A DNA stretch of 64,000 nt from positions 164,858,001-164,922,000 of the forward strand of contig OZ296648.1 in assembly GCA_965655095.1 (NCBI GenBank). The letters run 5' to 3'. Positions within the stretch are counted from its first letter, which is position 1. Each line of letters starts with the position of its first letter. Below are positions 1-10,611 of this stretch, piece after piece. Both the position numbers and the translations under genes were made by a program. This DNA is from Haplodiscus bocki (taxonomy: Eukaryota). The notes beneath the pieces were generated by a model. It worked only from the letters and a program-made list of their open reading frames with translations, was not told the origin of the DNA and did not search any database.

Positions 1-1
1 T

Positions 2-1057
2 AATGCACTTGATTCATTATTTCAACATCTACCGATTGAAGAAAAAGTTGTAAAAATTGAGGTAAATAGAATAAGAAATGGATATTTTGTAGATATTTTA
101 ACATCTGTTGATATTCGAGAACTTTTGAAAAATAGAGGAAAAGTGGTTCGAACCTACGAAGGAGTTCTTAGAGAAGTTTTTAAAAGATCACCGTTTAAAA
201 AAGTTATTGAAAAAATGTTTGCTTAAGGACAAAAAAATAAAGACGAAGGAAACGATTTGGTTCAAGGTTTGGTTAAATTACTGATGAACAGTTTGTATGC
301 AATTCAAATACGCAAAGATATTAATGATTTTTATAAATGTAATTCTGAACGTTGGATGCTAACAGAATATGATAATAATGTTTTACGTGTTTGGAAATAA
401 CCAATAGAAAATTACATTGTAAAATTGAAAGAAGATGTTGGGCTAAATGTTGCTAATGACACAAAAAAATACAATGGTTTTCACGTAGGAACACTCATCT
501 TAAGTAGCATCAAAATAATTTTGAAAAATTATATTAAGGAAATCAACGGTTTTTACAGAAATAGTATATATTACGGAGATACGAAAAGTTTGTATATAGA
601 AAAAAAAAGTTGGTATGTATTGGATGAAGACTTTTTAGTGGGTGATAATTAAGGGCAGGTTAACAATGATTATAAATCAGGAGGCAGATTCTATGGTTTG
701 TTTTTAGCACCAGAAGTCAAACACTGCTCAGTTTTAGATAAAATTGGTATTATGCAGGAACACAAGACTTTCAAGGGGTTCATTGATTCGAGAAAACTAT
801 TAGATCATTCTCAATATTTTCAAATGATAAAAGGTGAAAACGTGTCATGTATGTTGCCTAGACGTTGGTAAAAGTCGTTTATTACCGGAGTTGTTATGTC
901 GGTTAAAATGAGAGTTTGTAATAAAAGTAATGATAAAACATTATGTGATGAGTGTAATAATGGAGTTTACAAAAAAAAACTCGAAGCAAATTTATATCTG
1001 TTGAAAAGACAAAATACTTAACAATTTGGACGTATGCTTCTTCAATATAAACTATAA
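2..1057 (+). pseudogene. C-terminal half of protein-primed family B DNA polymerase (Polinton/Maverick-type), decayed
   Basis: Frame +2 reads ...VKLLMNSLYA (275-301; Kx3NSxYG motif B)...IYYGDTKSLYI (572-589; YxDTDS motif C with D->K)...GLFLAPEVKHC...KTFKGF. Internal TAA stops at 224, 398, 650, 869 and 1019; terminal TAA at 1055-1057. Runs off the window start. Confidence 0.85.
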
Positions 1058-1563
1058 ATTTAATGTCAACTTTCAGTACTGTTTAGTATATTATATGTTC
1101 TTTTTTTACTTCTTCTTTTACATAAGTAAGCTCTTTATTTTATTTCCTTGAAGGTGTATGTGTTTAATTTACGTTCAATTTACGGACAAGAATCTGAGCA
1201 TCTTACTTCTCTAGTGTTAAACTTCTTAAAATTGTTTTGACAATTGTTGTTTAACCTAAATTTCTATGTGATAGATATTGAGAACATATTTTTTTGTGAA
1301 ATCTATATTTTTTCACATTCATCAGACTAAGGTAAGAAAAAACCAATCAGGAATCATTTTTTAACCGTCATCAACGGTATTATGATAATGATTGTTTTTG
1401 TATTCATTTTAATCTTGAGTAGAATAATACCATCAAGGAGACTGTGACTCTTTTATAACGTTACCAGACCCCTTTTAAATACCTAAATAGTAGTTCAATT
1501 TTGACGTTTTATTGAAAAGATATGTTGTTTAAATGATATCCTTCCTAATAAAAGAATGGTATA

Positions 1564-2140
1564 ATGAACGAAACTTGATTATGGCATTGTTATATATGTG
1601 ATAAAACGATTAATTTTACTAGTAGATTGAAACATATTACTTCTAAGTCTCATAATCACAAAAAAACACGACACCGTCGTTAAAGAACATGAATTTATCA
1701 ACCCAGAAATTGATGAAGTGAATTATTTGGTCATTCACACTATTAAAGAATGTAGAATTAAAAGTTTTCTTTCATTTGAAAAAAAAAATGTTTATATGAT
1801 ATCACTTTTATAAAACTGGAAAATAATAAAGAAGTTAGTTTAACAATTAATATTGCGTATATGAAATTCATAACCTCAATACTGTGGATTAAGTAAAGAA
1901 AGCAAAAATGCAAGAAAGAATTGTTTTAAAATTAATGAAATAGTCAAATTAACAACAAAAATTGGTTCAACTCTATCAAAAAGAATCATATGTTATTATT
2001 TACAAATGCCAACATCAATAATACCTAGAAAATTTTTTGAAACATTATCTTGAACTTCAGTAGATGTTCAACATGTTTGTAATGATAGAATTAGGCCTTT
2101 TCATTTCACGTGTTGTCAATGGATGAGTAACCAGAAAATT
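1564..2140 (+). pseudogene. Decayed small protein with N-terminal C2H2-like zinc finger
   Basis: ATG at 1564: MNET*LWHCYICDKTINFTSRLKHITSKSH (C-x2-C...H-x5-H). Continues after a frameshift (VKEHEFINPEIDEVNYL). End approximate. Confidence 0.5.
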
Positions 2141-2184
2141 GAAAAAAAATGTGAAAACTGATTACTCTCTTAAAGATGGTAAAG

Positions 2185-2560
2185 TAATAGTGTCAGTTGA
2201 CGTTTTCGAAAAAATCACCCTTGAATAACTTTTTTCGACCTTTTCAACGGTACGTAAAATGTCATAAATTTTAAAAAAAATTTCATTGACATATTCCATG
2301 TTTGATGTTAGTTTCAGGTTTTTGATGATAATAGTTTCAGTCAACGTTTTCGAGAACATTATCATTAAAGAGCCGTCTTCACTACCTTTTTTATGATATA
2401 TAACACTCCACTAATAATGAAAATTTTTCTTTGAAATACCAGTTTCTAGTGCTACTTTCAGTGTTTTTGCATTTTTTTGATGGTAATAGTTTCAGTCAAC
2501 GTCTTCGAATTTATTACCTTTGAGTAGAACTTTTCGAGACCTCTACAACGATATATTATA
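2185..2560. repeat. Three ~150-bp degenerate tandem units (possible subterminal repeats)
   Basis: Core taatagt(g/t)tcagt(t/c)(g/a)acgt(t/c)ttcga at 2185, 2329 and 2484. Confidence 0.65.
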
Positions 2561-5016
2561 CTTTTCTGTAGCTCAGAAATCCGTTGATTTCGTAATTTTT
2601 ACACGTTTAAGGGTCCGTGGGAACGTCTGCACGGAATATGAAAAAAATTTCCACTCAACTGGTTTCTAATTACCTTTTAACACTTTGATCTTTTTCAAAA
2701 CTAATTTTCCCAAGGACTATGATAGATATGAAACTCAAACTTTCAGGGCAGACTAACTAGACTATGAGTTTTTGAGTTTAATTGAGACCGATAACCTCTG
2801 AGTATGTCATGGTAAGATGGTAAGTCTTGTTTTCACCATGTTTAGATGGTAAGTTCAATTTTTGATCAACTTTTTTCGCAAATTGAAATACTCAATTCAA
2901 GCAAGTTTCCGCCAGTCTTTATTTAACCTAAATCGAATAAGTATTCGTGGAGATCTCCTTAAAAACTATATACCAGTTAAGCTGACAAAATAAAAAGTTC
3001 TTAGAAGTCATATCTTCCAACCACAAACAAAAAACTTCACTCGCCAACTTTCATGTCTAGCATTTCAGCCGTCTTCGAGTGAGCATTCTTGGTGAAGTTC
3101 CCCATCTCGATCAAGTCATCTTTTTCAAGCTTCATGATATAGACAGTTCCTGCCACAGCTTCATAGCAATTGCACGACATAGATAGTGGGACGTTGGATG
3201 GTAGTGAACCACAACACACTATGACCATCCAAGCACAGCCTTAACTTTTGTCAGTGTCCCTTTTGCATATACCAATCAGCTATAGTAGGAGACGAAAAAG
3301 AAAGAGAAAACTAGTTTATGCATGTACACATGGTATACTTCCATCTTCACGGTATATAGACATTGTTGGTGTGTGGTGGTGGTGATTTTTTCAGTCTCGC
3401 TTAAACATAAAAACTGCATTTTTGTGTACTGCTAGACATTGGTAGCATGTGCAGATGTATTTATCTCCTCAATTCTATGCTCCCATAAATGTGGAAAATA
3501 TTTATACATGCTTTCATGCATCCGTGCTTAGTTGGAGTATGGTTTTTATGTGGTGGAAAAAACGGGTGAGTCAAATGTCTTTTTTTATATTTCCTGTGGT
3601 ACGATGACTAATACTCAAAAATATTTGACTACTACCCAAAAATGGTTTGACTGCTACTATCTGCAGGTATGTTTATCATTAACGTGGTCCCAATTTTATT
3701 AAATATTGGTATCGCCCCCCATGAAGGAAAGATTCAGATCATCCAGTTTTGCGTCAAAAATTCCCCATTTTTCTTGTGGAACAGCTGCAGCAGATATTTT
3801 CCAGTTTGAGCAATGCCATTTTAATTGCACATTTTCCTAATGCATTCCTAGGTAATTCCAAAACTTGGGAGTGATCTCGCGAATTTTCCGTAGACAAAAT
3901 TGTTCGTAGAATATATGGCAAATAAAACAGTTAAAAATGTGGAGCTGGTATGTTAAAATCCACGTAGGTTGAAAATATCGCAGTAAATCCCCCAAGTTAG
4001 GGTGATCGCGGGAAACATGCTTTGCCATTTGGGTTTCTCGGAACTGCAAAATTAATTCTGGGACTTTATTCACGGGCAAAAATGGTGTCGCTATTGAAAT
4101 GCTTACAAATTTTGGGATTTTTTTCGTTTTCTTTGTATGCGAAACTCAGGCTCAATCTTTGCGAGGCTCAATATATGCATTAAGTAAAATAAAAATAACA
4201 ACCATTTTAGACTTTCAGAAAGTTCAGTTTCGACAGCCAAAATTAATGCCCTTACGGAGTCCAAAATAATTTGGGCATGTTGCCATTGTCCTCTATCATC
4301 TTTTTCGGTTTTCGTTTTGATAATTTGGAAATTTGTATATAATGGTGTTCTTTTTCCTTCTTAACAAACACCCCAGCGAAAGGAACTTTTCGATTGACTT
4401 TTATTATGTGGACCGTAAACAGTTGATGAAATGGTCAGGGGATGCCTTGAAAGTTCTGATAAATGCGATAAAGGTTGGTCATTTTTTTCGTGGCAAAACC
4501 AGCAACTCTAATTTTCTTGTCTTTTTCGTTAAAAACTTCTTTGGAATTTTCCGCTGACCGTTAATTGGTAATCTTCTGGGATCTTTCGAATTTCCGGCAG
4601 TTTTTTTGGCCGTGATTCGGTTCAGAGTGCATTTTTGGCGCAAACATCTTCATATAAAGTATCGATATTAATTGTCGGATCTTTTTCGGCGTTTTTTATT
4701 TTTTTGGACAACTTTTTGGCTTCTTTGGACGTCCGAGCTCAATGGTAGACGATTGTGTAATTCGGTGGGGAATTTTATAATTTTAGCAAAAGTTGGCGAC
4801 ACTCATTTGCGCTCTGTAAATATGGAAAAACATTGTAAACACCATGTTTTGGGTTTTTATTTCGTTTGTTAGATTATGCGATGTATACCAGATTTATGTC
4901 GCCATTATTTGCGATACTAAGACAAAATTTTGTGTATGGGTCAGCGTGTCCATTTTTTTAAACGCGACTCAATTTTCGGAAGTTTGGACGAAAACCGCAA
5001 GTTCAAATCAAACTTC

Positions 5017-6929
5017 CCCGGGTTGACGTCTCAGAGACATTCAGCGCTGATCATCTCTGATTCAGAATACTTTCAGGTCTGTTTCAGCGCTGTTCATTAC
5101 CTGAAAATCTCTGAACAGCGCTGATTCAGCTCTGAACAGCGCTGAAAACGCAAATTTTCAGAGCTAAAAATCAGCGCTGAAACAGCGCTGATTTTTTCTG
5201 AAACAGAGCTGATTCAGAGCTGAACAGCGCTGATTTTCTCTGAAACAGCTCTGAAACTGGAAATTTTCAGAGCAAAAAAAATCAGCGCTGAATCAGAGCT
5301 CTTTCAGTGCTCATTTTCTCTGAAACAGCGCTGATTTTCTCTGAAACAGCGCTGAAAACACAAAAATTCAGAGGAAAAAAAATCTGCTCTGATTCAGAAT
5401 AATTTCAGGTCTGTTTCAGCGCTGTTCATTACCTGAAAATCTCTGAAACAGAGCTGATTCAGAGCTGAACAGCGCTGATTTTCTCTGAAACAGCGCTGAA
5501 AAACCAAAAATTCAGAGCAAAAAAATCAGCTCTGAATCAGTGCTGTTTCAGCGCTGATTTTCTCTGAAACAGAGCTGATAACTACTGAAGCCTTCTGAAA
5601 CAGCTCTTATCATTCCTGATTTTCCCCTGAGACAACGCTGAACAGCCCTGAAATCTGTCTTCCATTTCTTGTCCTCACCGGACTTTTGCAATTTTTCTCC
5701 AGGGAAACTTAGATATTACGCTTTCTGGATAATTATATCTTATTGCTTCTCAGCAAATACCAGATCTTTCATTTTTCGCGAAACTTCTGCAGGAAAGCTC
5801 AAGTCTTACGGTTTCTGGGAATTGCGATCGCATTATTATTCTGCAAAAAACTCTTACTCTCTTTTCGCAGATTTTCTCTAGGAAACCCCAGATCTTCAGA
5901 TCTCTGGAAATTTAGATTTTAGTCTTTTTTCGCAAATTTCTGCGGGAAAGCTTAGCTTAGATTTTACGCTTTCTGGGAATTTAGATAAAATTCCGTTAAG
6001 CCAAAGTTAGATCTTTCTTTTTCCGCTAATTTTCTCCAGCAAACCTCTAATCTTAAGCTCTCTGGAAATTTAGATCTTAGTCTTTTTTCGCAAATTTCTG
6101 CCGGAGAGCTTAGATCATACTTTCCCTGGAAATTTAGAAAATATTCCGTCATGGCAAAAATATATCTTGTTCTCTTTCCGCAAGTTTTTTCCAGGAAACC
6201 CCAGATCTTAAGCTCTCTGGAAATTTAGAGTTTAGTCTTTTGCAAATTTCTGATGGAAATCTTAGATTTTACGCTTTCTGGAAAATAGATCATTCTTTTT
6301 TCGCAAATTTCTGCAGGTAACCTTCCATTTTATATGCTTTCAGGAAAATTATTGCCTATTCCTCGGCAAAATCTAGATCTCAATCATTTTTCATGATTCA
6401 GAGCTGTTCAGGGCTGTTTTCCTCTGATTCAGCGCTGTTCAGCGCTGGTCAAAATTCGTCACATTTTGGTCTGAAATAGTAAAAAAAAAACTATAATTAA
6501 CACAACTTTTGCTTTATTTTCAGTCCACCTTTTACTCAAAACCCTATATTTCAGCCTTTTTACTATTCTACAGGTCACGTACGACCAAGAAGCATGAGGA
6601 AGAGGCGGGTGCGTCAATTCGAATTTTTGACTGGAATTTCGCTGTAATGATTTTTTCATAGCTGGTACACTCCAAAAGAACATGTTTTTCGTGATCCCAA
6701 TACCTTTTCGAACTTACACGAAGCATTTTTGTCGGTTTCTCGATTCGCTTTGATACAGCGCTGAACAGCGCTGATTCAGAGAAAACCAGCGCTGAACAGC
6801 TCTGAAACAGCGCTGATCAGCGCTGGTTTTCTTAACCCATTCTGAAACAGCGCTGATCAACGCTGAAATTTATAAAATCTCTGAAATAGCGCTTTTCAGC
6901 GCTGATTTGCTCTGGGACTTCAACCCGGG
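5017..6929. mobile_element. Non-autonomous TIR DNA transposon, CCCGGG-ended (CMC/EnSpm-like), CAGCGCTG subfamily
   Basis: Left end cccgggttgacgtctcagag; right end ctctgggacttcaacccggg (18/20 inverted match). 2-bp TSD TC/TC. Dense cagcgctg/ctga arrays in both arms. Confidence 0.88.
5690..6385. repeat. Internal ~156-bp tandem repeat inside the CCCGGG element
   Basis: tctctggaaatttaga at 5901, 6059 and 6214; subunits carry cgcaaatttctg and agatctt motifs. Confidence 0.75.
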
Positions 6930-7603
6930 TCGCTTTTTCCTCAAATTGTGATGGGGGTCGAACAGTCATCGAGTAGTTAATCTTGGCGCACGCGTTATCT
7001 ACTATTATCTCAAAATCCCATTGGGAACGAAGTAATTTCGGTTGTATCAGATCAGTTATTTATTTTCGCTTCTTTGGAATTTCGACGTTGTTTTCTCATT
7101 TTCGAAGTTCATGGGAGGTATCAGTTCACCGCCGAATGAACTAATTGATGCTATTTTTACAAAGTAACGCATTGTTGTAACTATTCCCTTGAAAAACAAA
7201 CTGATTAAATTCTTTGACTTGTAATTAGGATTATAAAGCTTCTTGTGAAAGCCTTTCCATAATCGCACTCCGCTATTTCATGGCCGCATTTTTAATCTTA
7301 CAAAAAGTTTTCCTCAATTCAATTAGAGCTCGTCCCTAAAGCACAAATCTTACCATGAAAGGAAATTTTTGCACCGACTTTTGCATTTAGCTTCAAAAGC
7401 GCATCGGCCTCTGTTTCTGCAATTATTTTCTCAAAGCAAGATTCTACCTGTCTGAAGACGTGACGTTTTAGGGGTCCGCTGATTATTTTCGGAGACTCAT
7501 TCATGTGAAATCTTTTCTGCAGTCATAAAATTGTTCAGGAAATGTACACGTGCAATTTACATAATTTACATTTTGTCCCGGATGTCCAGAACATAAGTGG
7601 CGT

Positions 7604-7743
7604 GACTGACGTAATTTCTTGTGACGTCATTTTTTGTTACGTCTGATGACGTCAGAGAAAACGTGGAGCTGCATTAAATTATATCTGCAAAGTAATGGAT
7701 GATGATATCAGCGGGAAAAACGTCTGTCCAATTGAAGGTAAGT
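7604..7743 (+). promoter_or_regulatory. Cluster of CRE-like TGACGT(CA) sites followed by a candidate first coding exon
   Basis: tgacgtaa, tgacgtca, ttacgtc and tgacgtca within ~60 bp. ATG at 7695 gives MDDDISGKNVCPIE, then a G|GTAAGT donor at 7737/7738. No downstream exon identified. Confidence 0.3.
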
Positions 7744-7840
7744 AAAATTATTGATGGTCTGTTATCATTCACAGCTTTTAAGTAATCGGAAAAAAAGTAG
7801 GAAAAAACCTTTCACGAAGGCCAAACTTTCGATTATGAAT

Positions 7841-7927
7841 TATGTACAGAAATGTACAAAATGTAAAAAAATGTAAAAATGTAAAAAATTGTAAAAAATG
7901 TAAAAAATTATGTAAAAAAATGTACAG
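7841..7927. repeat. (A)nTGT degenerate simple repeat
   Basis: About nine copies of tgtaaaaaaa-like units. Confidence 0.8.
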
Positions 7928-7959
7928 ATTAAAACAACGAGCAAACTATAAACAATGGA

Positions 7960-8429
7960 TTATTTGCAGAATAATAAATTGTATTTGAAGTATTCAGGCT
8001 GCTTAACTTGAATTAACTGAGGTAGACTGTGAGGGTAGGTTTCGGTCACCATATGAGAGTTGGTTTCTGCCTCTGGGCTATTGAGTTGACCAGAGTGGTG
8101 AGGAAAATACCCCACTTCGGGATAGGGATCGTTTGAGGAGCGATCCCCATGAGTTTCCCGGTTTTCTGAATTAGCGTTTCCGGACGTTCCTTGAACAGCT
8201 ACGGAACTAGTCCGAACTTGTGGGTTCAGAAGGAACTCGTCAAGTTTCGACAATGCACCCAAAATACGTGACTCAGTTTTGCTAAATTCCTTATCTCCTC
8301 GGAGACTTGGGAGATGTAATCTTGGGTTAACTCAGGGTCAAGTACAGTCTGTCCTCTACTGCTTCTACTGCCTTCGGGCGTTTCTCTTGAAACTGCCGCT
8401 AATTTCTTCTTGTTTCTCAATGTTGCCAT
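7960..8429 (-). pseudogene. 5' part of gag-like retroelement ORF, copy 1 (frameshifted, truncated)
   Basis: MATLRNKKKLAAVSRETP...DYISQVSEEI / EFSKTESRILGALSKLDEFLLNPQVRT... Homologous to 15285-15683. A ~28-nt deletion near 8290 causes the frameshift. The gag identity rests on my recollection of similar N-termini, not on a visible capsid or zinc-knuckle motif. Confidence 0.6.
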
Positions 8430-8629
8430 ATTTCTTGAGGGAAAATCTTGTCAGTGATGAAGACTGAATTTAATTTTATCTTTATTATCAGTAACAATCT
8501 CCCCTTAGTATGAGGGAAAAGTTTTGGTGAATACAAACAGTCAAATGATTTTAAAAGAAAAATGGTACAATACCGGAAGGCTACAATTTATATAATAATA
8601 ATTGTACTTTTATTTCTCCTATTTATACC

Positions 8630-8860
8630 TTTCCTTGGCGGGAAACATAATTGTTTACACGCCAGGTCAAGGTACAAATAGGGAAAAGTACTTGAATCAT
8701 ATTATTTATCAAAGAAAAGGGATGCCGACTCTGGCGGGAAATAAACACCTTTCCGTCCATTTCTTCGTCACGGACCGCGTCTTTCCCATCTTTCGACAGG
8801 AAAAAATACGGTGCGATCCGTCGGAAATGGACATCAAAGTGGTTCTTCCCGCGCCGACAT
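8630..8860 (-). promoter_or_regulatory. Conserved structured 5' leader RNA element (packaging/translation-type), copy 1
   Basis: Outer stems gcgggaa/ttcccgc and tccatttc/gaaatgga enclose a GAAA-tetraloop hairpin (8782-8803). Conserved at 15855-16078 with a compensatory change. Confidence 0.55.
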
Positions 8861-9931
8861 AATAAAAAAAAAGCATAAACAAAAGATCAAAGGTATTTCC
8901 ATACAAGGATTAAATACTATAATACAATCGAAAAACAATCTAAAATATGGAAAAAATGAGGTTTATAATATAAAAGATTCATGATTACAAGCTGCATCAA
9001 TTAAAACCACTGTTTGGAACAAACTAGGCGTATTTCCTAACCCGTTCCATGTTTCTACCAGCTCAGGCCTCACTTTGGCCGGAGCGTTCCGTGGCGGCTA
9101 TGTAGCCGCTTGTAGCACTGCCTTCCGCAGTACTACTGAGGAGAATGATTCTGGTGGCTACGTAGACGTTCCGTGTCCGTCCAAAGTGAAGCGGCGTAGT
9201 AGCACAGCGGATTGGCTGAAATTCTAGTGACGTCACCAGATTAGTTACGACGGATTACATACGGAACAAATATTCACTTTTAAAGTCAAGCTCTGTTCTG
9301 AATAGTCAAGCTATTGAAACCTGTTAAAGCTGTCAATCTAAAAAGATTACTGCACAATCAAAAAGGTGGATTTTTATAATAATTAACTAGATTAATTATA
9401 TAAAATAGCACCTAAATTTAATATAAAAATAGAGTGAATATTCGTTTGCTCCGCATCTAATCCGTCCCAATAAGGATCAGTTCACCAGAATTACACGTAT
9501 CGGATACGTGCTTTTTATGAAATAAATGTTATGGGACGATACGTAACTACTACGTATCGTCCACATAAATTACATGTGTACGTACTAGGTGGATACGTAT
9601 CTACTACGTATCCTTAAATATGAATTAATAAGTGAATCATGCAATAAGTGTTTGAGTAAGTTTGAATGTTTCACAGTTCTTTCCTTCTCGATGGACCTGG
9701 GATGTCTTTTGTTGAGGGGATCGTCTTTCCGCAGGCTTCGCAGACGTGCTGCGACATTGACCTTACCCAGATAATCTCAAGGAGCATCTTAGATAATCTC
9801 GAACGCAGACACGTCCCCGAAGTTTTCGAGTAATTTTGGCCTCAAGCAGTGAGTTACCCGAGAAGTACCCCCTAATGAATTACATGAACTACCTTAGATA
9901 GGATGCCGTTCTATTAATCTATTGTGCAATT

Positions 9932-10611
9932 CCCGGGTCGACAACCCTGTTCAAACATGACGATCATGCTATGACATAGTATGATCATGGTGATTCATAC
10001 TTGCCATGGTAAGATCATGGGAAGATCATGGCATGGTCATCATGTAATATAGCATGATCACGTTATGACCTTCATGGAAGATAGCATGATCATGTCATGG
10101 TTACCATGGTCATTATTAGAACGTCGTCCTGAAGTTAATTATGCAACCACTTTTGTTAATTAGTACCTTGGCGAGAATCTTTCCACTTTTCAACGAAATA
10201 TGTTCAAACAACCCATGAAAACTTTCCGACAGACGTTTACTAAAATGGATCTCTTTCTCAAAATGCCGAAAGCTGTAACTTATATGTCATATTGAAACTA
10301 TTGTTAAATAAGAACTTGCTGTTTGGTTATTGCAGAATCGTTTAATTTTGCTGACTTGGTAGTTCGCAAAAATCCTCTAAAGCCAGTCAGGTGCCATAAA
10401 ATGGTTTTTGCAGCAACTATTTGAATATGAAAAAAATAATCAGTTTTTAAAAAGTATGGCAAACATGATGATCATACCATGATCATGCCATGAATCATGG
10501 CGACCATGTCAGGAAACATGGCCGCCATGCCGTCATCATGGCATGATCATACCATATTTCCCCATGATCAGCTGTGATCATGGAGTGGCAGCCATGTTTT
10601 TCAAACCCGGG
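9932..10611. mobile_element. CCCGGG-ended non-autonomous transposon, CATG subfamily
   Basis: cccgggtcgacaa...tttcaaacccggg; TSD TT/TT. catgatcatg arrays in both arms; unique middle at ~10120-10455. Confidence 0.85.

Larger units (their letters stand above)
1..2575. mobile_element. Remnant end of a Polinton/Maverick-like element
   Basis: pPolB pseudogene, then an intronless decayed zinc-finger ORF, then ~150-bp repeats; very AT-rich. Right boundary approximate. Confidence 0.6.

Noticed and set aside
2605-2625. TTAA-GG Kolobok/piggyBac-like left end
   Set aside because: No inverted partner found; the similar word at ~7465 is in direct orientation.
3781-3807. WKISAAAV peptide resembling WKKSAAAV at ~60963-60990 (both minus strand)
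   Set aside because: The flanks do not align; an 8-residue low-complexity match can be chance.
5030-5650. CRISPR-like or iteron array
   Set aside because: No constant repeat with unique spacers and no cas genes; these are subterminal transposon repeats in eukaryotic DNA.
7695-7737. Actin gene (MDDDI start)
   Set aside because: Similarity ends after five residues, and no actin exons occur elsewhere in the window.
9000-9490. Primer-binding site candidates (TGGTTT, TGGAAC, TGGTAG, TGGTGAC, TGGTGAAC on minus)
   Set aside because: None shows extended complementarity to a tRNA 3' end that I can recognise directly after a CA end in both copies.
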